Shown: positions 11,903 through 24,226 of the stretch, one piece after another
Layout of the letters: each line of letters begins with the position of its first letter
Position numbering within the stretch: position 1 is the first letter of the stretch
Assembly (NCBI GenBank): GCA_951406725.2
Contig: OX597841.1
Span: 6,138,001 to 6,202,000, forward strand
Direction: 5' to 3'
From: Octopus vulgaris
Lineage: Eukaryota
DNA length: 64,000 nucleotides
Program-made: the position numbers and the translations under genes
The notes under the pieces: model-generated
What the model was told of the DNA's origin: nothing
Database searches by the model: none
Seen by the model: only the letters and a program-made list of their open reading frames with translations

Positions 11903-12317
11903 TACTCTTTTACTCTTTTATTTGTTTCAGTCATTTGACTGTGGCCATGCTGGAGCAACGCCTTTAGTCAAGCAAATTGACCCCAGGACTTATTCTTTGT
12001 AAGCCTAGTACTTATTCTATCGGCCTCTTTTGCCGAAACGCTAAGTTACGGGGGCGTAAACACACCAGCTTCGGAAGTCAAATGATGTTGGGGGGACAAA
12101 CACAGACACACAAACACATACACACACATATATATATATATATATATACATATATACGACGGGCTTCTTTCATTTTCCGTCTACCAAATCCACTCACAAG
12201 GCTTTGGTCAGCCCGAGGCTATAGTAGAAGACACTTGCCCAAGTTTCCACGCAGTGGGACTGAACCTGGAACCATGTGGTTCGTAAGCAAGCTACTTACC
12301 ACACAGCCACTCCTATG

Positions 12318-12353
<36 letters not shown>

Positions 12354-12515
12354 TACATATGACGGGCTTCTTTCAGTTTCTGGCTACCAAGTCTACTTAC
12401 AGGGCTTTGGTCAGCCAAGGCTGTAGTGGAAGACACTTGCCCAAGGTGCCACGCAGTGGCACTGAACCCGAATCTAAGTGGTTGGGAAGAAAGCCTCTTA
12501 CAACACAACCACTTC
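11903..12515 (-). mobile_element. SINE family A plus a second head fragment
   Basis: Matches the other family A copies. Confidence 0.8.
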
Positions 12516-12641
12516 TGTCAAATAACAAACACCACCAACATTTTAAGATGATTTTCCTTCCTAAATCATGGATTAGCCCTGCAGACTTTATAAATCATGG
12601 ACCTTTGGAAACAGATATACCACCCATGTTTGTTTGTTTGA

Positions 12642-13032
<391 letters not shown>

Positions 13033-13660
13033 CTTTATCATTGTGAAATTTCTTTACAACAAACAAGGAACACTTTCAAATGATATTTCCCTGCTAAACC
13101 ATGGATTATCTTTGTGGACTTTACAATAATCCATGAACCTTTGGCAATAATTATATCCCTCATGGTTGTTTGTTTGAGGAGTTGTTTTACAGCCAGAAGC
13201 CCTTCCTTATGCCAACCCTTTTAGTAACCTTTTATGAGGAACATAAATTGTTACTTAGACACAAGCTGCTTGTTAAAATTCATTCTGTTTCAGAAATAAC
13301 TTGTATAACGATAAATGTATTCCCCGTGGGAAAGAAGATACGAGCAGTGTGATAACAAGCTGCAGTCACGATATTTTTATATCACCACAGTTATATCAAC
13401 ATTGGTGAGATTGTTACTGTGATATTTTGAATAAAAAACATTCTCATAAATATCCAATATAAAACATTTCCAGGATTTTGGAAAGATATTGTGGGTAAAT
13501 AAGTGAGAAATATATTCTCAGAGATGTGTAATAATATCACTGTATCATTTGTTAAGATATCAATAAAGCATAAAACATAGCCTAAAAGGATATACATATA
13601 AAGTGGTCAGTGTTTGTATGATTATGTATGTATGTGTGTGTGTGTGTCTATGTATATACA

Positions 13661-13871
13661 CAGGGTGGCTCAAAAGTAGGTTCACAGTTATTCAACTTTC
13701 ACTTTCACATTCTAATATTTACAGTTTAGATCTTAATTATAAAAAAAATATGAAACCATTATTCTATGCTAATTTAGTTTTGTAAGGTAGAAATTTAAAT
13801 GTAATAAAATGTTTGAAAAGAAATTTAAAGTGCCTACATAATAACTGTAAACCTACCTTTGGCCCACCCTG
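13661..13871. mobile_element. Tc1/mariner-type MITE
   Basis: About 30-bp TIRs CAGGGTGG..AAAAGTAGGTT.ACAGTTA in a TA context. Confidence 0.75.
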
Positions 13872-13891
13872 TATATATGGAAATAGTAGTT

Positions 13892-14283
13892 GTGGTACCT
13901 GTGCCAGTGGCACATGAAAAGCACCATCCGAACGTGGCCGATGCCAGCGCCGCCTCGACTGGCTTCCGTACTGGTGGCACATAAAAAGCACCATCTGAAC
14001 GTGGCCGATGCCAACCCCGCCTTGACTGGCTTCCGTGCCGGTGGCACGTTAAAAGCACCAACCGATCATGGCCGATGCCAGACTCCCCTGGCACCTGTGC
14101 CGGTGATACGTAAAAAGCACTCACTACACTCGCGGAGTGGTTGGCGTTAGGAAGGGCATCCAGCCGTAGAAACACTGCCAGATCAGACTGAAGCCTGGTG
14201 CAGCCCCTGGCTTCCCAGACCCCGGTCGAACTGTCCAACCCGTGCTAGCGCGGAAAACGGACGTTAAATGATGATGATGATGA
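13892..14283 (+). mobile_element. RTE-type LINE 3' UTR
   Basis: Family motif, diverged tandem units, (GAT)n tail. Confidence 0.7.
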
Positions 14284-14548
14284 TATATATATGCTTTTGG
14301 TGCGAACGGTTTTGTTATATAAAACAAACCAATATAGTTCTTAAATTTGACAGAAACAGAGAGGCTAATTTACTGGTGTATAGGTAACACACTTAGTCAT
14401 GTTAACAAAGGGATATGGCTTCAAATCCTATGTGGATAGGAAAACCTTTTTTCTGTCGAGGGCTTATATGCCCCTTTATTAAACTATTTTCCTTAGTCAT
14501 TGCACAGTGATTGCTTTAAGCTTATATAAATACTATTATTAATACAAA

Positions 14549-15125
14549 TCTCTCTCTATATAAAGCTGAAGTTGTCTGTGTATGGCAGGTTTGGTAGCCT
14601 TCAACTATCACTTATCTCCTCCAAGACCCTGCGGTGCAAGTTGACCAAAATTGAGAGTATGATAGAAGAAGGCTTGGACCATGTTAACACCAAAAGTTAT
14701 TTACATCAAAAAGGTGCTTTTTTTTCTATGAAAATTCCTATTTTGTGACTGCTGTGTCGCCATTTTTCGGTGTATTTCAACCAGAAAAATGTTCACTTAA
14801 AGAGAATAACAAGCTACATAATGCAACATTTTTACTTTTCAAAAATTCCAATTCTAAAGGGTCGAAACAAACCCGAGCAACGTTGGGTGATACTGCTAGT
14901 CTCTCTCTATATAAAGCTGAAGTTGTCTGTGTATGGCAGGTTTGGTAGCCTTCAACTAACACTATCTCCTCCGAGACCCTGCGGCGCAAGTTGACCAAAA
15001 TTGAGAGTATGATAGAAGAAGGCTTGCTCTTCCTTCTGTAGAAGGAAAAATTCAAATCGGACCACGTTAACACCAAAAATTATTTACATCAAAAAGGTGC
15101 TCTTTTTTCTATGAAAATCCCCATT
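14549..15125 (+). mobile_element. Non-autonomous Helitron (family 2), head-to-tail tandem
   Basis: 5' TCTCTCTATATAAAGCTGA; 3' hairpin ACCCGAGCAACGTTGGGT and CTAG at about 14899; second copy truncated; another copy at 52943-53260. Confidence 0.75.
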
Positions 15126-15147
15126 GTTAGAAGGGTTTCTCAGCACC

Positions 15148-15330
15148 CCTGCTGGATGGGTAATGTCAGTGTACATGTATGACAGAGTGTAAATGATTTA
15201 AGAGGAAAACTGGGTAGAAGAAGCATCAGATGTGGTGGGCAAGAGAGGAGGCTGTGATGGTCTGGTCGTGTGATGCATGTGGATGAGAACAGATGTATAA
15301 AGAAGTGCCGTGCTCCAATTGTGGAGGGTC
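15148..15330 (+). mobile_element. RTE LINE ORF C-terminal fragment (degenerate)
   Basis: Translates WMGNVSVHV*QSVNDLRGKLG..QERRL*WSGRVMHVDE. Confidence 0.65.
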
Positions 15331-15706
15331 CAAGAAACCCCTCTGTCTTCCACACATACAGGGTTGTCCCTTCAGGTGCCAGCGCCACTTAAAAAGCACC
15401 CATGTTGGTGCTTTGTAAATGCATCCGTGCAGCTGTTGCATAAATATACCCATGCCAGTGGCCTGTAATAAAGCACCCAACACACCCTGTTAAGTGGTTG
15501 GCGTTATATATATACACGTATATATATATTATATTAAATTAGAGACAAAACCACTATTAGGCAAATCATACAATGAAAAACTTAAGCCAATACATAAGAT
15601 TATTAATAGTGGTTTTGTCTCTAATTTAATATAATATTTTACTATAAAATTGGATTCAATCCTAAATCTGATTTTTCCTTGTAAGTTTGGATTCATTCCC
15701 TAATAT

Positions 15707-16008
<302 letters not shown>

Positions 16009-16011
<3 letters not shown>

Positions 16012-16310
16012 GAGGCGCAATGGTTCAGTGGTTAGGGCAGTGGACTCGCGGTCGTAGGATCGCCGTTTCGATTCCCAGACCGGGCGTTGTGGGTGTTTAT
16101 CGAGCAAAAACACCTAAAAGCTCCACGATGCTCCGGCAGGGGGTGGTGGCGATCCCTGCTGTACTCTTTTACCACAACTATCTCTCACTCTTCTGTTGGC
16201 CTGCTCGCTTAGCCAGCGGGGTGGTGTCATTTGAAGGCTAAAATAATGCGAAGCGCATTGTGACCAGCGATGTGTAGCAACATCTGATAGCCTGGTCGGT
16301 CACGGTGATA
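16009..16310 (+). mobile_element. SINE family C, tail type 1
   Basis: tRNA head GTGGAGGCGCAATGGTTCAGTGGTTAGG. Confidence 0.8.
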
Positions 16311-16326
16311 TATATATATATATACC

Positions 16327-16590
16327 CTGACTGGCCTTGTGCTAGTGGCACGTAAAAAGCACCATCCGATTGTGGACATTTGCGAGCCTCATTTGACACC
16401 TGTGCTGGTGGCACGTAAAATGCACCCACTACACTCACGGAGTGGTTGGCATTAGGAAGGGCATCCAGCCGTAGAAACATTGCCAGGTCAGACTGGGCCT
16501 GGTGCAGCCTTCTGGCTTCCCAGACCCCAGTTGAACCGTCCAACCCATGCTAGCAAGGAAAGCGGACGCTAAACGAAAATGATGATGATG
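16327..16590 (+). mobile_element. RTE-type LINE 3' UTR
   Basis: Family motif and (GAT)n tail. Confidence 0.7.
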
Positions 16591-16804
16591 ACATATATAT
16601 ATATGTGTATATTTAGGGCTAAAACCACTAGGTGGATAAACCATATGCTAGAAGAAGATCACATACGATCTAACTACAAAGAAAGGATGTTCTCCAGAGA
16701 AAATTCAGTGGACACTAGAACATAGGCGGGCAAGACAGATGAAAATTATATAAAAATCAAGAATTAATCATATACCGGTTTTGTCTGTTACCAAGTAAAT
16801 TACT

Positions 16805-17236
16805 TACCCTCCAGCCTTCATCAGGTGTCTTGGGGAAATTTTGAACCCAAGTTCTCATTTCTAAGGTATTTTTCGATATTATTATTATTATTATTATTAT
16901 CATTCAGGTCACTGCCTGGAATTGAACTCCGAATCTTGGGGTTAGTAGTCTGTGCTCTTAACCACTATGCCATATGCCCATGGCATAGTGGTGAAGAGTG
17001 TGGGCTACTAATCCCAAGATTCGGAGTTCGATTCCAGGCAGTGACCTGAATAATAATAATAGCATCAAAAAATACCTTAGGAATGAGAACCCAGGTTCAA
17101 AATTTCCCCAAGACACCTGATGAAGGCTGGAGGGTACATCAGCTGAAACAGTGTGTTAACAACAAACTAGATGAGGCCAAATATCCATCAAATGTAAATC
17201 ATGTACATAGTTCTTCATCTCTTAAATATAGAACCG
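16805..17236. mobile_element. Palindromic tRNA-promoter/hammerhead element
   Basis: 16805-16972 is the reverse complement of 16981-17136; A box TGGCATAGTGG and B box GTTCGATTCC or GTTCAATTCC on both arms; hammerhead at 17113-17156. Confidence 0.8.
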
Positions 17237-17835
17237 TTCCTATTCCTCACAGTCTCACAGGCCACCACAGAGAAGTTCAGAATCAGAAACCCACAGAAAT
17301 TATTCTACACTGGTGATTTATTTCTTGGAGTGGAACTGACAGAGAAGAAATCCCAGGCAAAGAAGTGAAATCTAGAAATGAGACTTCAAGAAAAACTTAG
17401 CTGAGACTAAGGTGTAAATATGTTGGGATGACAAAAGGACCTCAGTATCACCAGGGAAATGGCCTTGCTCAGTATGCAGAAAAGAGGAGGCTGCAAGTCC
17501 ATACTTTTAGTAAAAGAATAAAAGAATCTCTTAACAGAACACAAAAACACTGCTATCAATTCTGATATTCAAAGATACCAAAATATGCTGCTATCTCCTT
17601 CATAAATGTATTCAAGTTTAGGCATACCTACACAAGAGTGCCCCCGTCGACTTAGTTTCCTCATGAATTAAAAATAAAATTAATATTTTAAAAAATATGC
17701 TTCAGAAGGTGCAGATTTTTTATTATATCTGAATTTGTTCTGAAAATATTTTTTCGAGGGTGGGGAGTGAAGTTTCTGAAAATCCACAGAAATTGGCTTT
17801 GTTTTGTAATAATTTACAGGAAAAAAAAACGGGTA

Positions 17836-18294
17836 CCGTAAATCCTCGAGTATAGTCCGACCTTGAGCATAATACACCGGGGATTTTTAGGGGGCTGTAC
17901 CTCTGAAAAACCTAAACCTTTATTGTTATTGTATACGGTAACGTCCTTTATTATTATTGTATATATATATAACATAATGCAAACGTGTAGCCTTTTTGTG
18001 CATTTTGTTTGCATAAAATAAAGAAATAACAGTAATAACGTTCAATAAATGTTGCTTACTGCAAGTTATGGATGATTCTTTTATGACTTCATTGCTTTCA
18101 GGCTTAGCTTAAGGTATTTTCGCGCCCGACATCACAAAATGCGTCTGAATAAACATTGCCGAACAGCAAATAAGGACTCGGACATTGCTCAGAAAATAAT
18201 TTTTATTTTTGACCTTGTATATAGTACGCACTAGGGATTTTGAGCTTTAAATTTTTTGGGGAAAAAAACGCGGATTATACTCGAGGATTTAAGG
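17836..18294. mobile_element. pogo/Tc1-type MITE
   Basis: TIRs CCGTAAATCCTCGAGTATA.TCCG, TA flanks. Confidence 0.75.
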
Positions 18295-18884
18295 TATTTT
18301 TCTTATGAAAATTTCTGCGAATACCCTTCAGGTGAAGTTGATTACAATTATATCGGAAATTAATGAGTAAAAAAATCGGTGAGTTCGCGCTCATACATGC
18401 TGACACATCAAGTTTTTTTACGAAATTTCAAGTTTCATTTTTGATGCGTGCGTCTTTCTTTTCATATTAGATTCCAATATAATAGTGATGTACACTATAC
18501 GAAAAGTATTTATAGAAAATTTCATTAAAAGATATCCACTTTCCGAAAAGTTATGGAGAAACAAAGCCAACTCGAGTGAATTCTCCGAAACTCCTCTTCT
18601 TAGCCTTGGAAAAACTTTTTCACAACTAATTCCGATATAGTCGGAATCAACATCATCTGAAGCTTATTTGTGGAAAATTTCATATAAAAAATCGCCATTT
18701 TTCTGGAGGAAATAAATTCGGGGTGGAGGAGCACCTGCGTGGGCGTACCTGAGTTTAATTAGGAGGGAAAAGTACCAGAGAATTAGAGAGAAATACGTTG
18801 CTATTAATCTTTTATTTAACATGAAAGTATCTTAACAAAAATAATTCAAACTAAATATGCGATTATAGTTGATAAAACTTCATC

Positions 18885-19260
18885 AATGTTTAGACATCAA
18901 TTCATAAGTGTATCTCTTAATTAACGTATCTGTGAAGCATCATCTTACAATTAAAAATATATATATATATTAAAACAATAAAGATATATTTAATTTATAC
19001 TTAATCAAAGAAGAAATGCACCCTAGACATATTTGAGAGCTGGAAAGTACATTTAAAGGCACGAGGTCAGCTTCTTTGTGGTGAGATACGAATTGATGTC
19101 TAAAAAGAGAAGCGAAACGAAGGTTGATGTCGCAGAGTCTTTGGAAGAGGAGAAAAAGCTTGGATCTTTGAAAACCCCAATTTAAGAAGGAGAGAATTCA
19201 GTTTGGTCGACGCACCGATTCGCTGTTAAGAAACAGCGACAAGCACAACGGTAAGTCGAC
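18885..19260 (+). promoter_or_regulatory. Candidate promoter and non-coding first exon of ZNF-A3
   Basis: Paralog of 6960-7450; donor ACG|GTAAGT at 19251. Confidence 0.6.
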
Positions 19261-19588
19261 AAAGATTTCCTTGAATAATAATAATAAATCTGCAATAATG
19301 GGTGTAGATTAATAGAATTTGTTCATTTGTGGAACATAACAACGGTTGGAATATTCGTCGTTTTGCTGGCTTTTACCGACAAGAAAATACTTCCAAACTG
19401 AAATGGTGATCTGTTATTTTCGAAAAGAGACATTCCACTGTTACGTGTGTGATATTAAAGTAAATTACAGACTTGCTAATTGAAAAAAGTTTTTTCACGT
19501 TTCTAGTCCACCCGTGGATATTATAACTAATCAACAGGCTTATTCTAACAATACTAATCATATTTATTCGTGTAATTTAATTTTTTTT

Positions 19589-20115
19589 GGCGATCTTTCG
19601 TCTCTAGTAGACCTTTCCGTCGATTTCCGAAAAAAAAATTATTTTTTTTACATATGGGCTTGCGGGAACTTTTGAAGTAATATACATACATACACACATA
19701 CACCGAGTAAAAAATTTCAGTTATCTCTCTCTTTCACACATTACTCTCTCTGTCTCTTCGCACACACTAACAGAAGCACTTCACTTACACAACATACTGT
19801 CTGAATCCCACACCCCATCAAACACACACAGGCCGACTTCAAAGTGAAACCTTCTCGTCATAAAATCGCTTCCTCTTAGTCTCTTTCGCTCTCATTACTT
19901 ATGTAAAAAAATAAAAGTTTTTTACGGAAATCGACGGAAATCTGTGCTACTACAACCGAAACTATGCCAAAAGAACTTCCCTCGTCATACAATCGCTTTC
20001 TCTTAGTCTCTTTCGCTCTCATTACTTCAAAAGTTCCCGCAAGCCCATATGTAAAAAAAAAAAGAAGTTTTTTACGGAAATCGACGGAAAGGTCTACTAG
20101 AGACGAAAGATTGGC
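19589..20115. mobile_element. Merlin-like MITE (family 2), second copy
   Basis: Same TIRs as 6070-6501, opposite internal orientation, internal duplication. Confidence 0.85.
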
Positions 20116-20459
20116 TAATTGAAAAAAGTTTTTTCACGTTGCTAGTCCACACGTGGATATTATAACTAATCAACAGGCTTATTCTAACAATACTAATCAT
20201 ATTTATTCGTGTAATTTAATTTTTTTCTCAAAGATATTTTCATTTCGGCATTCTTTCGATATAACTCGACAAAATCAAAACATTTCACTTCGGGTATTTC
20301 CGTGGGTTGTGGAGTTTAGATATAACGAAATTATGCCAGCAATGTCTCGTTTTAAACTTGAAGAAAAAAAAGAAAAAAAGCCTTGCATATTTGTTCTTAC
20401 CTGTTTCAGGTGTGTATGTAAAATCCGCAAATTTCCAAGCATATATATATATATATAAT

Positions 20460-20870
20460 ATTACGTTATATAATTAGGGTTCAGTAAAATAATCGACTTT
20501 ACCACACACCCAACTTTTAGAAATAGCAGCCAAAAAATCTGAGCTATTTCCTCTACCATAAGAGAAGTCTCCCAGACTCAATCGATGTACGTGTGATCTT
20601 TCGTTATTTTCCCCTCTATACCTGCGTGAATTATTTTTGAGTATACATTGTCTGGGAGACTTTTCTTATAGTAGAGGAAATAGCTAAGATTTTTTTGGCT
20701 GCTATTTCTAAAAGTTCGGTGTGTGGTAAAGTAAATTATTTTTACTGAACCCTAATTATATAACGTAATGTTTTAAATATACTGTAAATGGTCTTTTTAC
20801 ATACGGAACACTAATTGGTAAAATTATTAATTAATAATTAATTAATTTTACCCTTTTATTATTGACTATA
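20460..20870. repeat. Foldback with about 118-bp inverted arms and a one-sided extension
   Basis: 20460-20578 inverted to 20650-20769; collapsed relative at 11519-11660. Confidence 0.8.
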
Positions 20871-20872
20871 TA

Positions 20873-21265
20873 TTCTCTTTCTCTTTTATTTGTTTCAGTC
20901 ATTTGACTGCGGCCATGCTGGAGCACCGCCTTTTTTTTTAGTCGAGCAAATCGACCCCGGGACTTATTCTATCGGTCTGTTTTGCCGAACCGCTAAGTGA
21001 CGGGGACGTAAACACACCAGCATCGGTTGTCAAGCAATGCTAGGGGGACAAACACAGACACATACACACACATATCTGTATATATATATATATACATATA
21101 TACGACAGGCTTCTTTCAGTTTCCGTCTACCAAATCCACTCACAAGGCATTGGTCGGCCTGGGGCTATAGCAGAAGACACTTGCCCAAGATGCCACGCAG
21201 TAGGACTGAACCCGGAACCATGTGGTTGGTTAGCAAGCTACTTACCACACAGCCACTCCTGCGCC
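20873..21265 (-). mobile_element. SINE family A
   Basis: Matches the family. Confidence 0.85.
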
Positions 21266-21333
21266 TATATATATATATATACATATATACATTATATACA
21301 TATATACATATATACATATATATATATATATAT

Positions 21334-21676
21334 GAAGGCACATGGCTCAGTGGTTAGAGCGTCGAGCTTACGATCGTGAGGTTGTGAGCTCGAATCCCGG
21401 ACCGGGCTCCGTGTTGTGTTCTTGAGCAAGGCACTTTATTTCACGTTGCTCCAGTTCACTCAGCTGTAGAAATGAGTTGCGACGTCACAGGTGCCAAGCT
21501 GTATCGGCCTTTGTCTTTCCCTTGGATAACACTGGTGACGTGGAGAGGGGAGGCCGGTATGCATGGGCGACTGCTGGTCTTCCGTAAACAACCTTGCCCG
21601 GACTTGTGTCTAGGAGGGTAACTTTCTTGGTGCAATCCCATGGTCATTCATGACCGAAGGGGGTCTTTACCCTTTA
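21334..21676 (+). mobile_element. SINE family D (tRNA head)
   Basis: TGGCTCAGTGG A box, GCTCGAATCC B-box-like; copy at 33997-34346. Confidence 0.8.
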
Positions 21677-22151
21677 TATATATATATGACGGGCTTCTTT
21701 TAATGCTCAAGTTAAAAGTTTCTGTCTACCAAATCTACTCACAAGACTTTGGTCAGCCTAAGGTTATAGTAGAAGACACTTCTAAAAGTAAAGGGGGTGA
21801 ATTTTGTGTAGTTATACATGTTGGCAACTTTTCTCTCCCACCCGTTTGTGTGGGTGTTACCCATTTTTTCTGGGCTCTTTTCACCCCATTTGAAATTTGC
21901 ATTAGTTTTTGTATGGGGGGGAAAAAAAGAAAAAAAAAGGGAACGGAGGGGGGAGCTTACTCTCTTTTACTTGTTTCGGTCATTTGACTGCGGCCATGCT
22001 GGAGCACCGCCTTTAGTCGAGCAAATCGACCCCGGGACTTATTCTTTGTAAGCCCGGTACTTATTCTATCGGTCTCTTTTGCCGAACTGCTATATATATA
22101 TACACACACACACACATATATATATATACACACACACACACATATATATAT

Positions 22152-22194
<43 letters not shown>

Positions 22195-22215
22195 TATATA
22201 TACACACACACATAT

Positions 22216-22288
<73 letters not shown>

Positions 22289-22383
22289 ATCCAAACAAGA
22301 AAACACAGAAAAAACACAACAACATGAGGACGTGGAACAAATATAGTATTATTGGACGCTCAAGAAAGAAGGAAAGAAGGAGG

Positions 22384-22418
22384 GTTTAACGTTTCAAGCA
22401 GAGCTCTTCGTCGGAAAC
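22384..22418 (-). ncRNA. Degenerate minimal hammerhead in a Penelope-like remnant (22285-22470)
   Basis: GUUU CCGACGA A GAGC-UCU-GCUU GAAA CG UU AAAC. Confidence 0.55.
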
Positions 22419-22988
22419 AAAGGAGAAGGAAAGATCCCGAGAAGGGAAGACAGAGGAAAAAAATTTTTTTGCTGGTGGTGCTCAAGAGATCACATGTTGT
22501 GAAGATGTAATTTACAAACACGTAGATTTTCCACAATATCATATAATGTAATTTATTAATATAGAAAGGTAACATTGCCGTTTTGATCTCTCCTCTACAT
22601 CTAATACTGTTTCTTTATTATTTCAGATTAATGGTTGGCATTGGATACATCTGGAATGTTAATCAAGATTTAAAGACTGAAGGAAAATGCTTTATAGAAC
22701 AGATATGTTTCTGCTGCTGTACATCTGTGGTTGAATTACTGTGAAGTCATAGCAACATTTCTGTATCTCATAATCTAGTATTTTTCCTTTCAAATTAACC
22801 TTGAAAATATCTGTGAAGGAGTTGGTGACATTTTAGTTATTGATAAAGATCCCAGCTGACAGCAGAGGCGATATCTTTAAGGAAGAAACTATAAAAAAAA
22901 AAACGAGGAAAACTATATATTGTGGAGAGAAGAGAAAATTTAATTCTGTGACAAATTAAAGGTTTGAAGTTTTGTATTCATTGCGGAG

Positions 22989-24104
22989 ATGTCGACTGAT
23001 ATCCGAAAATCATCATATCACTGTGATATCTGTGGTAAACCATTCACTGATACCCGTAACTTAATTCGACATAAACGCACTCATACAGGTGAGAAGCCGT
23101 TTCATTGTGATGTCTGTGGTAAATCATTCTCTGGAGGTAGTGATTTGACAACTCATAAACGTGTTCACACAGGAGAGAAACCGTATTGTTGTGACATCTG
23201 CGGTAAATCATTCTCTAGAAGTGGTGACTTAACAATACACAAGCGTTTTCATACAGGAGAGAGACCATATCACTGTGATATCTGTGGCAGGGCATTCTCT
23301 GATGGAAGTGCCTTAACTAATCACAAGCGTATTCATACAGGAGAAAAGCCATTTCACTGTGATATCTGCGGTAAATCATTTGCTAGAAATCATATCTTAA
23401 CTATTCACAAACGTGTTCATACAGGGGAAAGGCCTTATGCTTGTGATATTTGTGGTAAAGCATTCTCTGGAGGGAGTGCCTTAACTACTCACAAACGAAT
23501 TCATACAGGAGAGAAGCCGTATCATTGTGATATCTGTGGCAGATTATTCTCTGACACTAGTTATTTAAGAAGACACAAGCGTAGTCATACTGGAGAAAAA
23601 CCCTATAGCTGTGATATCTGTGGTAAATCATTTTCTGGAAGTAGCGACTTAAAAACTCACAAGCGTATTCATACAGGAGAGAAGCCGTATCACTGTGATA
23701 TTTGTGGTTATGCATTCTCTGCAAGTAGCGACTTAACTACCCACAAGCGTATCCATACAGGAGAGAAGCCATTCCACTGTGATATCTGCGGTAAATCATT
23801 TTCTGTTAAAAATGTCCTAACTATTCACAAACGTGTTCATACAGGAGAGAGGCCGTATCAGTGTGATATTTGTGGTAAAGCATTCTCTGCAAGTAGCGAC
23901 TTGACTGCACACAAACGTATTCATACAGGAGAGAAGCCATATCGTTGTGATATCTGTGGTAAATCATTCTCTTTAAGGTGTCACTTGACCAGACACAAAC
24001 GCATTCATACAGGAGAAAAGCCATTTCACTGTGATATCTGTGGTAAATCATTTACTCAAAGCGGTCACTTAACTACACACATATCTATCCACTCTAAAGT
24101 GTGA
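22989..24104 (+). CDS. C2H2 zinc-finger protein ZNF-A3, 13 fingers
   Basis: 13 canonical fingers; N-terminus almost identical to A1 ([10 protein letters not shown]); acceptor tttcAG at 22625-22626. Confidence 0.94.
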   Translation: MSTDIRKSSYHCDICGKPFTDTRNLIRHKRTHTGEKPFHCDVCGKSFSGGSDLTTHKRVHTGEKPYCCDICGKSFSRSGDLTIHKRFHTGERPYHCDICGRAFSDGSALTNHKRIHTGEKPFHCDICGKSFARNHILTIHKRVHTGERPYACDICGKAFSGGSALTTHKRIHTGEKPYHCDICGRLFSDTSYLRRHKRSHTGEKPYSCDICGKSFSGSSDLKTHKRIHTGEKPYHCDICGYAFSASSDLTTHKRIHTGEKPFHCDICGKSFSVKNVLTIHKRVHTGERPYQCDICGKAFSASSDLTAHKRIHTGEKPYRCDICGKSFSLRCHLTRHKRIHTGEKPFHCDICGKSFTQSGHLTTHISIHSKV

Positions 24105-24226
24105 CTGCATCATTTTCAAAATACATTATATTTCACAACAGCCATTGGAATTTTAAAACCATTCTTTTTCTACTGAGGCATGGATTAGCCTTATTGACTT
24201 AACAGTTATCCCTGAACTCATGACAA

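Noticed and set aside
11977-12426. Recurrent [31 protein letters not shown]
   Set aside because: Antisense translation of SINE family A, with variable frames between copies
20576-20641. Possible hammerhead in the foldback loop
   Set aside because: Stem I-like CTCAA/TTGAG is present, but the core (TCGATGT, GAAT) deviates too far to call
21334-21410. tRNA genes (also 11194, 16009, 16981, 36371)
   Set aside because: A/B boxes are present but each continues into a repeated body with no clean acceptor stem or terminator; these are SINE heads
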